Under the pieces are notes generated by a model. That model saw only the letters and a program-made list of their open reading frames with translations, did no database searches and was not told the origin of the DNA. A stretch of 64,000 nt of DNA from an uncultured Trueperaceae bacterium (GTDB taxonomy: Bacteria; Deinococcota; Deinococci; Deinococcales; Trueperaceae), in assembly GCA_963799485.1 (NCBI GenBank), contig CAWCXJ010000009.1, positions 64,001-128,000 of the forward strand. Reading direction: 5' to 3'. Shown piece after piece: positions 1 through 10,890 of this stretch. Within the stretch, counting starts at the first letter, position 1; each line of letters starts with the position of its first letter. The translations under genes were made by a program, and so were the position numbers.

Positions 1-989
1 GCGAAATTGCCGCAACCCAAGCGCGTATTCGCGCCCTGGAGCAGCAGATAGGTTCGGCAGGCGCAGCAAACGCTCCGGGCGCAGCAGGGAATAGTGCAAC
101 AGGGGACAGTGCGGTGCTGAGCCCGGCTTTTCTGGCTGTGCTGGGCGCGCAGGGCGCGGTCGAGGGCGCGGACGGGCTGCGCGCGCGGCCCCGGTTTATC
201 CCCAGCGCGCAGCTCAGCCGCACCTTCGAGGCGGCGCTTGCCGAATCGGACATCCTTTCAAACCTTTTGAGGGGTAACGAAGAAGAGTTCGTCAACCTCG
301 TCCGGGCGCTCTATACGGAGGCCGTCCGGACGCTCGCGGGCGCGCTCGCCGAAGAGCAGCGGGTGACGCAGCGCGCTACCCAAACCCAGGCGCAGGAGGC
401 GCTCGAGCTGGCCCTGCTCGGTTACGCCAGCGCCCAGACACAAACCCAGCAGTCCCGGACGCCGCCTCAAACACAGCAGTCTCAGACCCAACCGGCTACA
501 CCTGCGCCGCAAAGCCAGGGAACTGCCGGAACAAGCGAGAACACCGACGCGTTGTCCCTGCTGAGCCGCGCCGAACTCCGCCGCGCGCGGGTCGCGCTTG
601 CGGGGATGCGCGCCGAACGCGCCGACCTCGAGGGTGAACTCGCGAGCTATACCGAGAGCGCCGCCGCCATTCAAAAACAGCTCGCAACGCTCGACCAGCG
701 CCGCGACCGGCTAGACCGCGAACTCGAGAACGTCCTGGCGTCTTACAACACCGTTGCCGGACTGCAGTCGAGTATCTCGTACCTGACCGAACTCGCGCCG
801 ACGAACGCGCGTATCTTGAGTCAGGCGTCGGTGCCGACCTCACCCGTCGGCCCGCGCCGCGCCTTTAACACCACCCTGGTGGCTGTCATGGGCGCACTCG
901 TCGGTCTCGTCTTGGTCTTCTTACGTGCGGCGATCCGCCGTCCTCCCACACTGCCGTCTGTTACACCCACCCGAAAGGTAGATGCATGA
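1..989 (+). CDS. Wzz/Wzc-like polysaccharide chain-length determinant, C-terminal part (5' end outside window)
   Basis: Frame is open from base 3. Coiled-coil region is followed by the Pro-rich motif ASVPTSPVGPRR and a C-terminal TM helix typical of polysaccharide co-polymerases. Lies at the head of a glycan cluster. Confidence 0.75.
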   Translation, partial: EIAATQARIRALEQQIGSAGAANAPGAAGNSATGDSAVLSPAFLAVLGAQGAVEGADGLRARPRFIPSAQLSRTFEAALAESDILSNLLRGNEEEFVNLVRALYTEAVRTLAGALAEEQRVTQRATQTQAQEALELALLGYASAQTQTQQSRTPPQTQQSQTQPATPAPQSQGTAGTSENTDALSLLSRAELRRARVALAGMRAERADLEGELASYTESAAAIQKQLATLDQRRDRLDRELENVLASYNTVAGLQSSISYLTELAPTNARILSQASVPTSPVGPRRAFNTTLVAVMGALVGLVLVFLRAAIRRPPTLPSVTPTRKVDA

Positions 990-2341
990 ATGTTACGATT
1001 ATTGGAACCGGTTACGTCGGCCTGACGACCGGCGTCGCCCTCGCTTATGTCGGTCATCAGGTGACCTGCGTCGATAAAAACCCGCGTATCGTCGAAACGC
1101 TCGCCCAGGGTCACGCCACGATTCACGAACCCGGTTTAGAAGAGCTTTTGGGCCGCGCCAAAACGCACCTCAAATTTCAGACCGATATCCCTGCACTTTC
1201 CGGCAATGGCGTTGTCTTTATCGCCGTCGGTACGCCGACCAAGGCCAACGGCGACGCCGATTTGCAGTACGTCGACGCCGCCGCCAAAGAGGTCGCCGAG
1301 CAGATTCAGGCCGGGGCCAAGCTCGTCGTCGTCAATAAGTCAACAGTGCCTATTGGCAGCGCCAAACACGTTTCAGGCATCGTTCACCGGGCGCTCTCTG
1401 CCAGAGAGGTAGACGCGGACGTATGGGTCGCCTCGAATCCCGAGTTTCTAGCCGAAGGCAAGGCGGTACACGACACGCTCTATCCCGACCGCGTGGTTAT
1501 CGGCGCGGACGACCCGACCGCCGTCGGCTTGTTGCGTAACCTTTACGCACCCTTTTTAGAACAGACCTTCCCCGACCCCGTAGAGACGCCGCGCCCGGAA
1601 CGCTACACCTTGCCTGCCCTAATCACCACGACCCCGACGAGCGCCGAGTTGACCAAATACGCCGCCAACTCATTTCTGGCGACGAAAATCAGCTTTATCA
1701 ACGAGTTTTCCCGGCTTGCCGAACACGTCGGCGCGGACATCACCGAAGTGGCGCGGGCCATCGGGCTCGACAGCCGTATCGGGGGCAAGTTTTTACAAGC
1801 CGGCATCGGTTGGGGCGGTTCGTGTTTCGGGAAAGATACCCGCGCGATTCTAGCCGCTGCCAAAAGTTACGACTACCAGATGCCGATTGTCGAATCGGCG
1901 ATTCAAGTCAATCAGCGGCAACGCCTCCACGTCATCGACAAGTTGCAACGCCACCTCAAGGTTCTGCGCGGTACCACGGTAGGTTTACTCGGACTCGCCT
2001 TTAAGGGCAATACCGACGACCTGCGCGACGCGCCTGCCCTGACCTTGATCGAGCACCTGCACGAACGCGGCGCGGTGATCCGGGTTCACGACCCGGTAGC
2101 GGTAGAAAACGCCCAGCGTCTCTACCCCGACCTGCCGGTCGAATACTGCAAAGATGCCAAAGCGCTGGCGACCGGGGCCGACGCGCTGATTATCGTGACC
2201 GACTGGCCTGAATATACGCGTTTACCCCTTGCGGATATCCAAGCAGTGATGCGCGGCGACCTGATTCTAGACGCGCGCAATCTGCTCGAGCCCGAGACGG
2301 TCAGTGAAGCCGGTCTGACCTACGTCGGTGTGGGTCGCTGA
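986..2341 (+). CDS. ugd: UDP-glucose/GDP-mannose 6-dehydrogenase
   Basis: GTGYVG Rossmann motif, VNKSTVP, SNPEFL, GWGGSCFGKD (catalytic Cys) and AFKGNTDD. Confidence 0.95.
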   Translation: MNVTIIGTGYVGLTTGVALAYVGHQVTCVDKNPRIVETLAQGHATIHEPGLEELLGRAKTHLKFQTDIPALSGNGVVFIAVGTPTKANGDADLQYVDAAAKEVAEQIQAGAKLVVVNKSTVPIGSAKHVSGIVHRALSAREVDADVWVASNPEFLAEGKAVHDTLYPDRVVIGADDPTAVGLLRNLYAPFLEQTFPDPVETPRPERYTLPALITTTPTSAELTKYAANSFLATKISFINEFSRLAEHVGADITEVARAIGLDSRIGGKFLQAGIGWGGSCFGKDTRAILAAAKSYDYQMPIVESAIQVNQRQRLHVIDKLQRHLKVLRGTTVGLLGLAFKGNTDDLRDAPALTLIEHLHERGAVIRVHDPVAVENAQRLYPDLPVEYCKDAKALATGADALIIVTDWPEYTRLPLADIQAVMRGDLILDARNLLEPETVSEAGLTYVGVGR

Positions 2342-2375
2342 ACCTGTGTGTTTAAGATAGCGGGTTGCTAAACGG

Positions 2376-3278
2376 GTGGACGCGCCGGTTGTTTTTATCG
2401 TTATCTTGAACTGGAACGGCCTGCGTGACACGCACGCTTGCCTGGGTTCGCTAGCCGGACTTGATTATCCGAATTATGAAGTCGTCGTTGTCGATAACGC
2501 TTCTACCGACGGGTCTGAAAGGGAGCTAAAAAAGCGTTATCCGAAGCTGACGCTTTTGCAAAGCGGGGCCAACTTGGGTTTTGCTGGGGGTAACAACGTC
2601 GGACTCCGCCACGCTTTGGCGCACGGGGCCGAATACGTCTGGCTGCTCAACAACGACACGCTGGTCGAACCCGACGCTTTAACCGAGCTTGTAAAGAAGA
2701 TGCGGCGCGAGCCTGATTTGGGGTTATGCGGTTCGACCCTTCTTTATGAAAGCCAACGGGGCACTGTGCAGGCGCTCGGCGGGGCGCGTTACAACCGCTG
2801 GCTCGGCACCGTGCAGCACGTTGGGCAGCATGAAAGCTGGCCGCAGAAGGTCGACGAAAGGGAGGTCGAAGGGCAGCTCGACTACCTGATCGGCGCGTCG
2901 ATGCTCGCCTCGAGACCGTTTCTCGAGCAGGTCGGTCTACTTCAAGAAGATTATTTTCTCTACTTTGAAGAACTCGACTGGGCGGCGCGGGCGCGTGGAG
3001 CGTTTCGGCTCGGCTACGCCGCAAAAAGTATCGTGTATCACAAGGAGGGCTCGAGTATCGGCGGCAGTAACCGGGCCAAAGCGGGCAAAAGTTACACTGC
3101 CGACCTCTACGCCCTTAAAAACCGGGTGCGTTTTACCCGCCGCTTTTACCCTTACGCGCTCCCTACCGTATACTTGGGGCTACTCGCTGCGCTCGCCAAC
3201 CGGGTGCGGCGGCGGCAGTGGCGACGCGTCGCGCTCGTCGTTCGGGTGATGCTGCGCGGCGGCAACGTCGGCATATAA
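2376..3278 (+). CDS. GT2 family glycosyltransferase (rhamnosyltransferase-like)
   Basis: VILNWNG, VVVDNASTD, NLGFAGGNN, LLNNDT and YFLYFEELDW motifs. Confidence 0.9.
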   Translation: MDAPVVFIVILNWNGLRDTHACLGSLAGLDYPNYEVVVVDNASTDGSERELKKRYPKLTLLQSGANLGFAGGNNVGLRHALAHGAEYVWLLNNDTLVEPDALTELVKKMRREPDLGLCGSTLLYESQRGTVQALGGARYNRWLGTVQHVGQHESWPQKVDEREVEGQLDYLIGASMLASRPFLEQVGLLQEDYFLYFEELDWAARARGAFRLGYAAKSIVYHKEGSSIGGSNRAKAGKSYTADLYALKNRVRFTRRFYPYALPTVYLGLLAALANRVRRRQWRRVALVVRVMLRGGNVGI

Positions 3279-3307
3279 GTAGGCATATCAAGTGTTAGGA
3301 GCACAGG

Positions 3308-4648
3308 GTGGCGAAGGTTTACCCGTTTCGCGTGGTTCGTTGGAGTAGTCTGCCCGGACAATTTTTAAGCTTGTTACGGACGCCGCCGCTGCTTGCCGTG
3401 ACGGTTTACGCGTCGGCGCTACTCTACTCGTTCCCGTGGCTCCGCATCCCTGAAGTTGCCGGCGTCGCGTTGCCGTTTCAGCGGGTTTTGGGTTGGGCCG
3501 GGTTTGGTCTGGTACTTTTGGCGCTCTGCCTGCGGGGGCGCTTTCGGGCAAACGCGGCGGTACGCTTTTACCTTGCGGTGGTGCTGCTCTTTTTTGCCGT
3601 TTTAGGTATTACGACCGCCACCAACGTCGTAAACGCCGACGTTTTCGCCTGGCTCCGCTACGTCAGTGAGTTGTCCAAATACGTCGCCGTTTTTGCGGTG
3701 GCGTTTACCGTTTACTACGCGCTCGCCGAAGGACTCGTGAAGCTCAAGTGGCTCGAGCTGCTGCTGGTCGTCAGCGCCGCCGCTTCTATCGTTATCGCCT
3801 ATATCTTTCTCTTTCTCTACTGGAGCGGGTTTCGCAGCACCAACGAGGTTTTGGCGCATTCGTTCGGCGGTTCTCTGGGTGTTTGGCCGACGGGTTCGTT
3901 TTTACCCCGGCTTGCCGGGACGACCGCCGAACCGCAGCAGTTTTCGGTTGCTTTTTTGACCGGCCTGATGCTGATGTTGAGCCGCCGCTATGTGCGTTTT
4001 TGCTGGCCTTTTGCGCTTTTGGGTGTGCTCGCGCTGGTACTCTCACAATCCAAATTTGCGCTGATCTCACTTTTCGCGGTCGCCTTTTACGTCGACAGCA
4101 TCTACAAACAGCACCGGCTTATCTTCGGCGCGCTGCTCGTTCTGATGATTCCGCCCGGCGCAGCCTTTATCAGCACCTTGCCGGTTTTTCGCAATACCTT
4201 GAACCGGGGCTTAGAGTCCCAGGCTTTTACCGACCGCCTGGACAACTTAAGCATCATGCTCAGCATTATCAGAGACGAACCGCTCGACGGGATCGGCGTC
4301 GGACAGTACGGCACTTACCGGGGTATACTCGTTTTTAACAATCCTTACGAAAACCCCAACTACACTGCCGGAAACGATATCGTGTCGGTTTTTGCCGAAA
4401 CGGGCGTATTCGGTTTTCTACTTGTCGCGCTGCTTTTTGGCGTATTATTTAGCAAGTTTATCGGGGTGCTGCCGCGCTTAAACAAACTCGAGCGTGAACA
4501 CTATCTGCCCTTTTTGATCGGAGCGCTGACGATTTTCCTCAATATGTTTATCGGTTACGAGTTTTTGCACGCCTTCTTTTGGGTAAACCTGGGCGTGCTT
4601 TTATACCTTTACCGCGTCTGGGGTTTTCGTACCCCAAAAGCCACGTGA
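3308..4648 (+). CDS. O-antigen polymerase/ligase (Wzy_C) family membrane protein
   Basis: About 11 TM segments with RLAGTTAEP, LSQSK and PLDGIGVGQY motifs. Confidence 0.75.
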   Translation: MAKVYPFRVVRWSSLPGQFLSLLRTPPLLAVTVYASALLYSFPWLRIPEVAGVALPFQRVLGWAGFGLVLLALCLRGRFRANAAVRFYLAVVLLFFAVLGITTATNVVNADVFAWLRYVSELSKYVAVFAVAFTVYYALAEGLVKLKWLELLLVVSAAASIVIAYIFLFLYWSGFRSTNEVLAHSFGGSLGVWPTGSFLPRLAGTTAEPQQFSVAFLTGLMLMLSRRYVRFCWPFALLGVLALVLSQSKFALISLFAVAFYVDSIYKQHRLIFGALLVLMIPPGAAFISTLPVFRNTLNRGLESQAFTDRLDNLSIMLSIIRDEPLDGIGVGQYGTYRGILVFNNPYENPNYTAGNDIVSVFAETGVFGFLLVALLFGVLFSKFIGVLPRLNKLEREHYLPFLIGALTIFLNMFIGYEFLHAFFWVNLGVLLYLYRVWGFRTPKAT

Positions 4649-5739
4649 CACAAGCCGTAAAGCCTAAACCGCTCGTCGTCAACGCCCGGTTTTTAACGCA
4701 AAACATCGTCGGGGTACAGCGTTACGCTGTAGAAGTCTCCAAACGCCTCAAGGTTTTGCGTCCGGACACGCGGTTCTTGACGCCCAGGGGTGTTGTGCAC
4801 GAAGACCTTGCCGAAAGGTTGGGGGCCGAAATTTGCGGACGGCTGACGGGTCACGCGTGGGAACAGCTCGAGCTTTCCGTCCTTGCCCGTGGCGCGGCGC
4901 TCCTGAGCCTTAGCAATACCGGGCCGATCTTTCACCCCCGGCAGGTGGTCACGCTGCACGACGCCGCGCCGTTTGCGGTACCTGAAGCGTACTCGCGGGC
5001 GTTTAGAAGCTGGTACGGGATTTTGTTCAGAGGTCTGGGACGGAGTGCGCGGGGTATCCTGACGGATTCGGAGTTTTCACGGCGCGAGCTGGTGCGTTAC
5101 GCAGCCATCCCCAAAGACAAGCTGAACGTCGTTTATCTGGGTAAAGAGCACGTCCTGGAGATGCAGAGCGAACCCGGCATCTTGGAACAGCATGGTCTAC
5201 ACGAACGACCCTTTTTGCTGGCCGTCGGCAGCAGCAGCCCGCACAAAAACTTCTCGAGGTTGGTGCGCGCGCTCGAGACGCTGGGCGAGACCCCCTTTAG
5301 CGTCGTGATTGCAGGCGGTAGCAACCCGAAAGTTCACGCGGCGACCGGTGACCTGCCGGCGAGCGTCAAACACGTCGGTTACGTTTCGGACGGCGAACTT
5401 CGCGCCCTGTACGAACACGCGGCGGGCTTTATCCATCCGGCCTATTACGAGGGCTTCGGGATTCCGCCCCTTGAGGCGATGACGCTTTATTGCCCGGTAC
5501 TCTGCTCGCACGCCGCGTCACTCCCGGAAGTCTGCGGCGACGCCGCGCTCTACTTCGACCCTTTTGATGAAGCCGATATCTCTGCTAAGATTCAAAGGTT
5601 GATGCAGGACAAACCCCTGCAAACCCGGTTGTGCGCTCTGGGGACTGCACAAGCCGAACGCTTCAGCTGGGACGCTACGACGGCTGCGGTGCTCGAGTTT
5701 ACCGAGCGCACACTAGGTCTCGACAAACCGGTCCGCTAG
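4645..5739 (+). CDS. GT4 (GT-B) glycosyltransferase
   Basis: GVQRYA, TLHD, HKNF and YEGFGIPPLEAM motifs. Start placed at GTG 4645, overlapping the upstream TGA. Confidence 0.9.
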   Translation: MTQAVKPKPLVVNARFLTQNIVGVQRYAVEVSKRLKVLRPDTRFLTPRGVVHEDLAERLGAEICGRLTGHAWEQLELSVLARGAALLSLSNTGPIFHPRQVVTLHDAAPFAVPEAYSRAFRSWYGILFRGLGRSARGILTDSEFSRRELVRYAAIPKDKLNVVYLGKEHVLEMQSEPGILEQHGLHERPFLLAVGSSSPHKNFSRLVRALETLGETPFSVVIAGGSNPKVHAATGDLPASVKHVGYVSDGELRALYEHAAGFIHPAYYEGFGIPPLEAMTLYCPVLCSHAASLPEVCGDAALYFDPFDEADISAKIQRLMQDKPLQTRLCALGTAQAERFSWDATTAAVLEFTERTLGLDKPVR

Positions 5740-6795
<1,056 letters not shown>

Positions 6796-6840
6796 ACGTC
6801 CCCGAATATTTAGGGTAGTCGTGTCGTAGCTGTGTTGTAA

Positions 6841-7827
6841 GTGCGGAGTAAATGCGGAGTAAATACTGTGACAAGTACTGCAAGTGCTGTGAAAGGTACC
6901 GAAATAGCTGCCGAGGCTCGAGGTGGCGTGCTGATTACCGGGGGGAGCGGCTTCGTCGGCGGCTATCTGCGGGCGCACCTCGAGAACCTCGGCGAGCATG
7001 TCTGGAGCGGGGTCTTGGGTGGCGCTGCCGAAGACGACCGGCGCGTCAAGCTCGATGTGCGCGACGACGCGGCGGTGCGCGCGGTCTTTCGGGCGCTTCA
7101 GCCCCGTGAGGTCTACCACCTGGCGGGCGTAACGCACCCCGCGCTGGGCCAGCTCTCGGACTTTTACGAGGTCAATGTGCGGGGAACGCTCAACATCATG
7201 GAAGCTGCGGCGGAGGTCGGGGCGGCGGTGCTCGTGGTCAGCAGCGCCTACGTTTACGGCGCGCAGCCCGGGCTGCTGGACGAAACCGCGCCGCTAAAAC
7301 CCGTAAACCATTACGGCTCCTCGAAAGCTGCCGCCGAGTTCGCCACGTTGCCCTATGCGCTTGCCGGGGCGCAGGTCATGCGTGTTCGCCCCTTCAACCA
7401 CGTGGGGCCGGGGCAAGCGCCCGACTTTTTGCTGCCGACTCTGGTGCAACAGCTTGCCCGTATCGAAGCGGGTCAGTCCGAGCCCACCTTGAAACTCGGT
7501 AACCTGAGTTCGGTGCGCGACTTTACCGATGTCCGCGACGTCGTGCGGGCGTACCCCAAACTTTTGCGAAAAGGGGAGAGCGGCGAAGTTTACAACCTGG
7601 CTTCGGGACGCGGCGTCAGCGTGCAAGAACTGGTAGACAAGGTGTTGGCGCGCGCACGGCGCGAAGTCAAGCTGATGAGCGAACCGGCGCGTGTGCGCGC
7701 TACCGATATCCCCGAACTCGTCGGCGACGCGGGCAAGGCGCGCGCAGCGGTCGACTGGACGCCCGACATCCCGCTCGACAGAACGCTCGAGGAGATGTTG
7801 GCGTTTGAACGAGCGAAGTATGCTTGA
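6841..7827 (+). CDS. rmd: GDP-4-keto-6-deoxy-D-mannose reductase (Rmd-like extended SDR); true start probably a few codons downstream
   Basis: TGGSGFVG, YGSSK, RPFNHVGPGQ and LGNLSSVRDFTDVRD motifs; directly follows gmd. Confidence 0.8.
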   Translation: MRSKCGVNTVTSTASAVKGTEIAAEARGGVLITGGSGFVGGYLRAHLENLGEHVWSGVLGGAAEDDRRVKLDVRDDAAVRAVFRALQPREVYHLAGVTHPALGQLSDFYEVNVRGTLNIMEAAAEVGAAVLVVSSAYVYGAQPGLLDETAPLKPVNHYGSSKAAAEFATLPYALAGAQVMRVRPFNHVGPGQAPDFLLPTLVQQLARIEAGQSEPTLKLGNLSSVRDFTDVRDVVRAYPKLLRKGESGEVYNLASGRGVSVQELVDKVLARARREVKLMSEPARVRATDIPELVGDAGKARAAVDWTPDIPLDRTLEEMLAFERAKYA

Positions 7828-9019
7828 GGGAATGCCCGAAACAGGTACAGCCGCCCTGCCTACCTCGTACACAAACGCCAGGGTCGCTATCGTTCACGAC
7901 TGGCTGACCGTTTACGCCGGGGCGGAAAAGGTTTTAGAAGAGCTGCTAAACATCTTGCCACAAGCCGACCTCTTTAGCCTGGTCGACTTTTTGCCGTCCG
8001 AGCAGCGCGACTTTATCCAGCACAAGCCTGTTACCACCACGTTTATTCAGCATTTACCGTTTGCCAAAACGAAGTACCGGCAATATCTGCCGCTGATGCC
8101 GCTCGCCATCGAGCAGCTGGACTTGTCGAGCTACGATCTGGTGCTTTCAAATACCCACGCCGTCGCCAAAGGCGTCCTGACCGGCCCCGACCAGTTACAC
8201 CTCAGCTATTGTCACTCACCGATGCGCTATGCCTGGGACTTGCAGGGGCAGTACCTCAAAGAGTCGGGCCTAGACCGAGGGGTCAAGGGCGCACTAGCGC
8301 GCTACCTGCTTCACCGTATCCGCTTGTGGGATTCCCGCACGCCCAACGGCGTCGACGATTTTGTCGCCAACTCCGAGTTTATTGCCCGGCGTATCTACAA
8401 GGTCTACCGCCGCCCTTCGACGATTATCTACCCGCCCGTCGATACGGACGGTTTCGAGCTGCGTACCGACAAAGAGGACTTTTACCTCACCGCCTCACGG
8501 ATGGTGCCGTACAAAAAGTTCGACCTGATCGCCCAAGCATTTTCTGAAATGCCGGGCAAAAGGCTCATCATCATCGGTACCGGCCCCGATTTCGAAAAGG
8601 TCAAAGCCAAAGCGGGGCCGAACGTCGAACTTTTGGGTTATCAACCGTTTTCGGTGCTTAAAGACTATATGCAGCGCGCCCGCGCGTTCGTCTTTGCCGC
8701 CGAGGAGGATTTCGGCATCGTACCTTTGGAGGCCCAAGCGTGCGGTACGCCGGTTGTCGCGTTCGGTAAAGGGGGGAGCCTCGAGACAGTTCGCGGTTTG
8801 GGCCACAGACCCGACCCGACCGGCGTTTTTTTCGGCGCGCAGACGACCGCCAGCCTCAAAGAAGCCGTCGCGCGTTTTGAAGGGCTGACGTTCGACCCTG
8901 CTACCGTCCGCGCTCACGCGGAAACCTTTTCGGTTCCGCGTTTTAGAGCCGAGTTCGGCCGGTTTATCGACGAGCGTTACAGCGCCTTTACGGGTTCTCT
9001 CGTCGGGAGTCGCCGCTGA
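7820..9019 (+). CDS. GT4 glycosyltransferase (WbaZ-like)
   Basis: VHDWLTVYAGAEKV, YCHSPMRYAW and EEDFGIVPLEAQACG motifs. ATG 7820 overlaps the rmd stop. Confidence 0.9.
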   Translation: MLEGMPETGTAALPTSYTNARVAIVHDWLTVYAGAEKVLEELLNILPQADLFSLVDFLPSEQRDFIQHKPVTTTFIQHLPFAKTKYRQYLPLMPLAIEQLDLSSYDLVLSNTHAVAKGVLTGPDQLHLSYCHSPMRYAWDLQGQYLKESGLDRGVKGALARYLLHRIRLWDSRTPNGVDDFVANSEFIARRIYKVYRRPSTIIYPPVDTDGFELRTDKEDFYLTASRMVPYKKFDLIAQAFSEMPGKRLIIIGTGPDFEKVKAKAGPNVELLGYQPFSVLKDYMQRARAFVFAAEEDFGIVPLEAQACGTPVVAFGKGGSLETVRGLGHRPDPTGVFFGAQTTASLKEAVARFEGLTFDPATVRAHAETFSVPRFRAEFGRFIDERYSAFTGSLVGSRR

Positions 9020-9036
9020 ACAGCTTCGCGCCCTAC

Positions 9037-10890
9037 TTGCGCCGCGCCGCGCCGCTGGGCCTGCTCTGGCTCGCGGCGTCCGCGCCGCTGCTGCTTTATA
9101 TGGCCTTGTTTCGGGATTCGGTTCCGGCACTTTTGGGCTTTGTCGGACAGCTTTTGCTGGCGTGCCTCGTCGCCCTTTTGCCGCTAAAGCGCGTTACCCT
9201 GAGCTGGCTTCTCTTCGGCGTTTTGCTGCTGCTGCTCGGCGGCGGCGTTTTGGAACGTGAGCTTTCCCGGTACGACTGGCAAGTTTCGGATAAAGCGGGG
9301 TTGTGGAGCGCCTTAGGCCGGGGCGACGAGGTTTCGGGCTACGGGTTTCGCAGCTGGGACGCTTCGGGTGAAAGCGCGGCGACCCTCAAGCTAGACGTTC
9401 GGCTCGTTTCCGGAAAACCCGCCTGGGACTGGTTCCGTTCCGACTCGGAGTTCGTCCTTACACCTCAACCCGGCGCGGACTACCCGCACACCCGTGTGCA
9501 GGTGCCTGCGGCGCGCCCCAGCGGCGGGCCGCCTTACCTCATGCGTACCTTCGACCTCGGCGAACCGCTCGGCGGCTACATCTTCCGGGTACTGCTCGAC
9601 CTCAGGCGTGCAGGCGAGGAGCCGCAAGGGGACGACAGCGCGCCCGCTGAGATCACGCGCGGCACGCCCATCGGGGGCCGTCAGTGTAGCGGAGTGCTGC
9701 TGCAGACGTGGGGCTACCGGGGCGGTGGGCGCTGTTTGCCGATCACGCTTTCTGACACCTGGACGCGTTACAGCCTCTCGTGGCGCGTTCCGGAGGCGGT
9801 AGACGCGTCGGTCGTAAGGGTTTTGCTCAGCGGTTTTGCGGGCGAAACGTTCGAGGTGAGAAGGGTCAGGCTTTTTACCGCAAAAAAGGAACTGGGGCCG
9901 CTTTTGCCGCAAGGTGGCGCGCTCAACTTTACCTGGGGTGGACGCCCGGAGGCGCAGTCGGGCCGTTCGTTTATGCCGACCCGTGAGTGGCAGCGGCTCG
10001 AGTTTAGCACCGAGCGCAGTACCGGCAGCACGGTAACGGCGCACCTTACGAGCGCGCCCGGACTTACGCTCGAGACCCGCAACGTGAGCGTAAGCGCAGA
10101 CGGGCGGAGGTTGCCGGAAGCAGTCTCGAGCAACCGGCAGACCATCATCTTCGGCGATCCCAACCTGGCGGGTCACACCCTCGGGACGCTCGGTCTGGCG
10201 CTCGTCACGCTCTCGCCGCCCCTTTCGGGTGTGCTCGCCGCCGCGCTGACGCTCTTTGGACTCGTTTTGACCGGGAGCCGCGCCGCTCTTATCGGGGTCG
10301 TCGGGGGTCTTCTGGCGCTCTTTTGGTTGCGTTTGCCGAAGGGGAGACGGCGCTTTGGGCTGGCGGTGCTGGGGCTCGCCGTGTTCGGAGCTCTCGGCGT
10401 GGCGTGGCCCAAACTCTCAGCGCTGCGGCTTTTTAGTCTGGGTGAGGTCACGGCGCGAAGTGATATCTGGCGGGGCGCGTGGACGGCGTTTGCGGCGCAC
10501 CCCTGGCGCGGCCTCGGAGCGGGCGGGTTTCCCCCTTACTGGGCCGCAACGCACGGCGGCGAGGCGGTGCAGCACGCCCACAATGTGTGGCTCGAGTTCG
10601 CTGCCAGTTACGGCGTTTTGGGGCTTCTTTCGGTGACGGCGTTGACGCTCGGGGTGAGCGTGCTGGCGTGGCGCAGGGGGGGGGGCGGGGCGCTCGCGTT
10701 TGTCGGCGGCGTGTTGCTGATGAACGTTTTCGATACCACCCTTTTTTACGCGGGTGTTTTGTTCCCGCTTTTTCTTACCCTGGGCGCACAGCTTCCCGGG
10801 TTAGACCCTGCCGGCGCGCCTGTTCATAATCCCGTAAGACCGGACGAGCATAATATAAGGGTGGCAGCCAGGCAGGTACCCCCGGAATGA
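9037..10890 (+). CDS. O-antigen ligase family protein with a large extracytoplasmic beta-rich (CBM-like) region
   Basis: N-terminal TMs and a ~280-aa soluble region, then DPNLAGH, LTGSRAA, RSDIW..HPWRGLG and HAHN.WLE motifs. Confidence 0.8.
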   Translation: MRRAAPLGLLWLAASAPLLLYMALFRDSVPALLGFVGQLLLACLVALLPLKRVTLSWLLFGVLLLLLGGGVLERELSRYDWQVSDKAGLWSALGRGDEVSGYGFRSWDASGESAATLKLDVRLVSGKPAWDWFRSDSEFVLTPQPGADYPHTRVQVPAARPSGGPPYLMRTFDLGEPLGGYIFRVLLDLRRAGEEPQGDDSAPAEITRGTPIGGRQCSGVLLQTWGYRGGGRCLPITLSDTWTRYSLSWRVPEAVDASVVRVLLSGFAGETFEVRRVRLFTAKKELGPLLPQGGALNFTWGGRPEAQSGRSFMPTREWQRLEFSTERSTGSTVTAHLTSAPGLTLETRNVSVSADGRRLPEAVSSNRQTIIFGDPNLAGHTLGTLGLALVTLSPPLSGVLAAALTLFGLVLTGSRAALIGVVGGLLALFWLRLPKGRRRFGLAVLGLAVFGALGVAWPKLSALRLFSLGEVTARSDIWRGAWTAFAAHPWRGLGAGGFPPYWAATHGGEAVQHAHNVWLEFAASYGVLGLLSVTALTLGVSVLAWRRGGGGALAFVGGVLLMNVFDTTLFYAGVLFPLFLTLGAQLPGLDPAGAPVHNPVRPDEHNIRVAARQVPPE

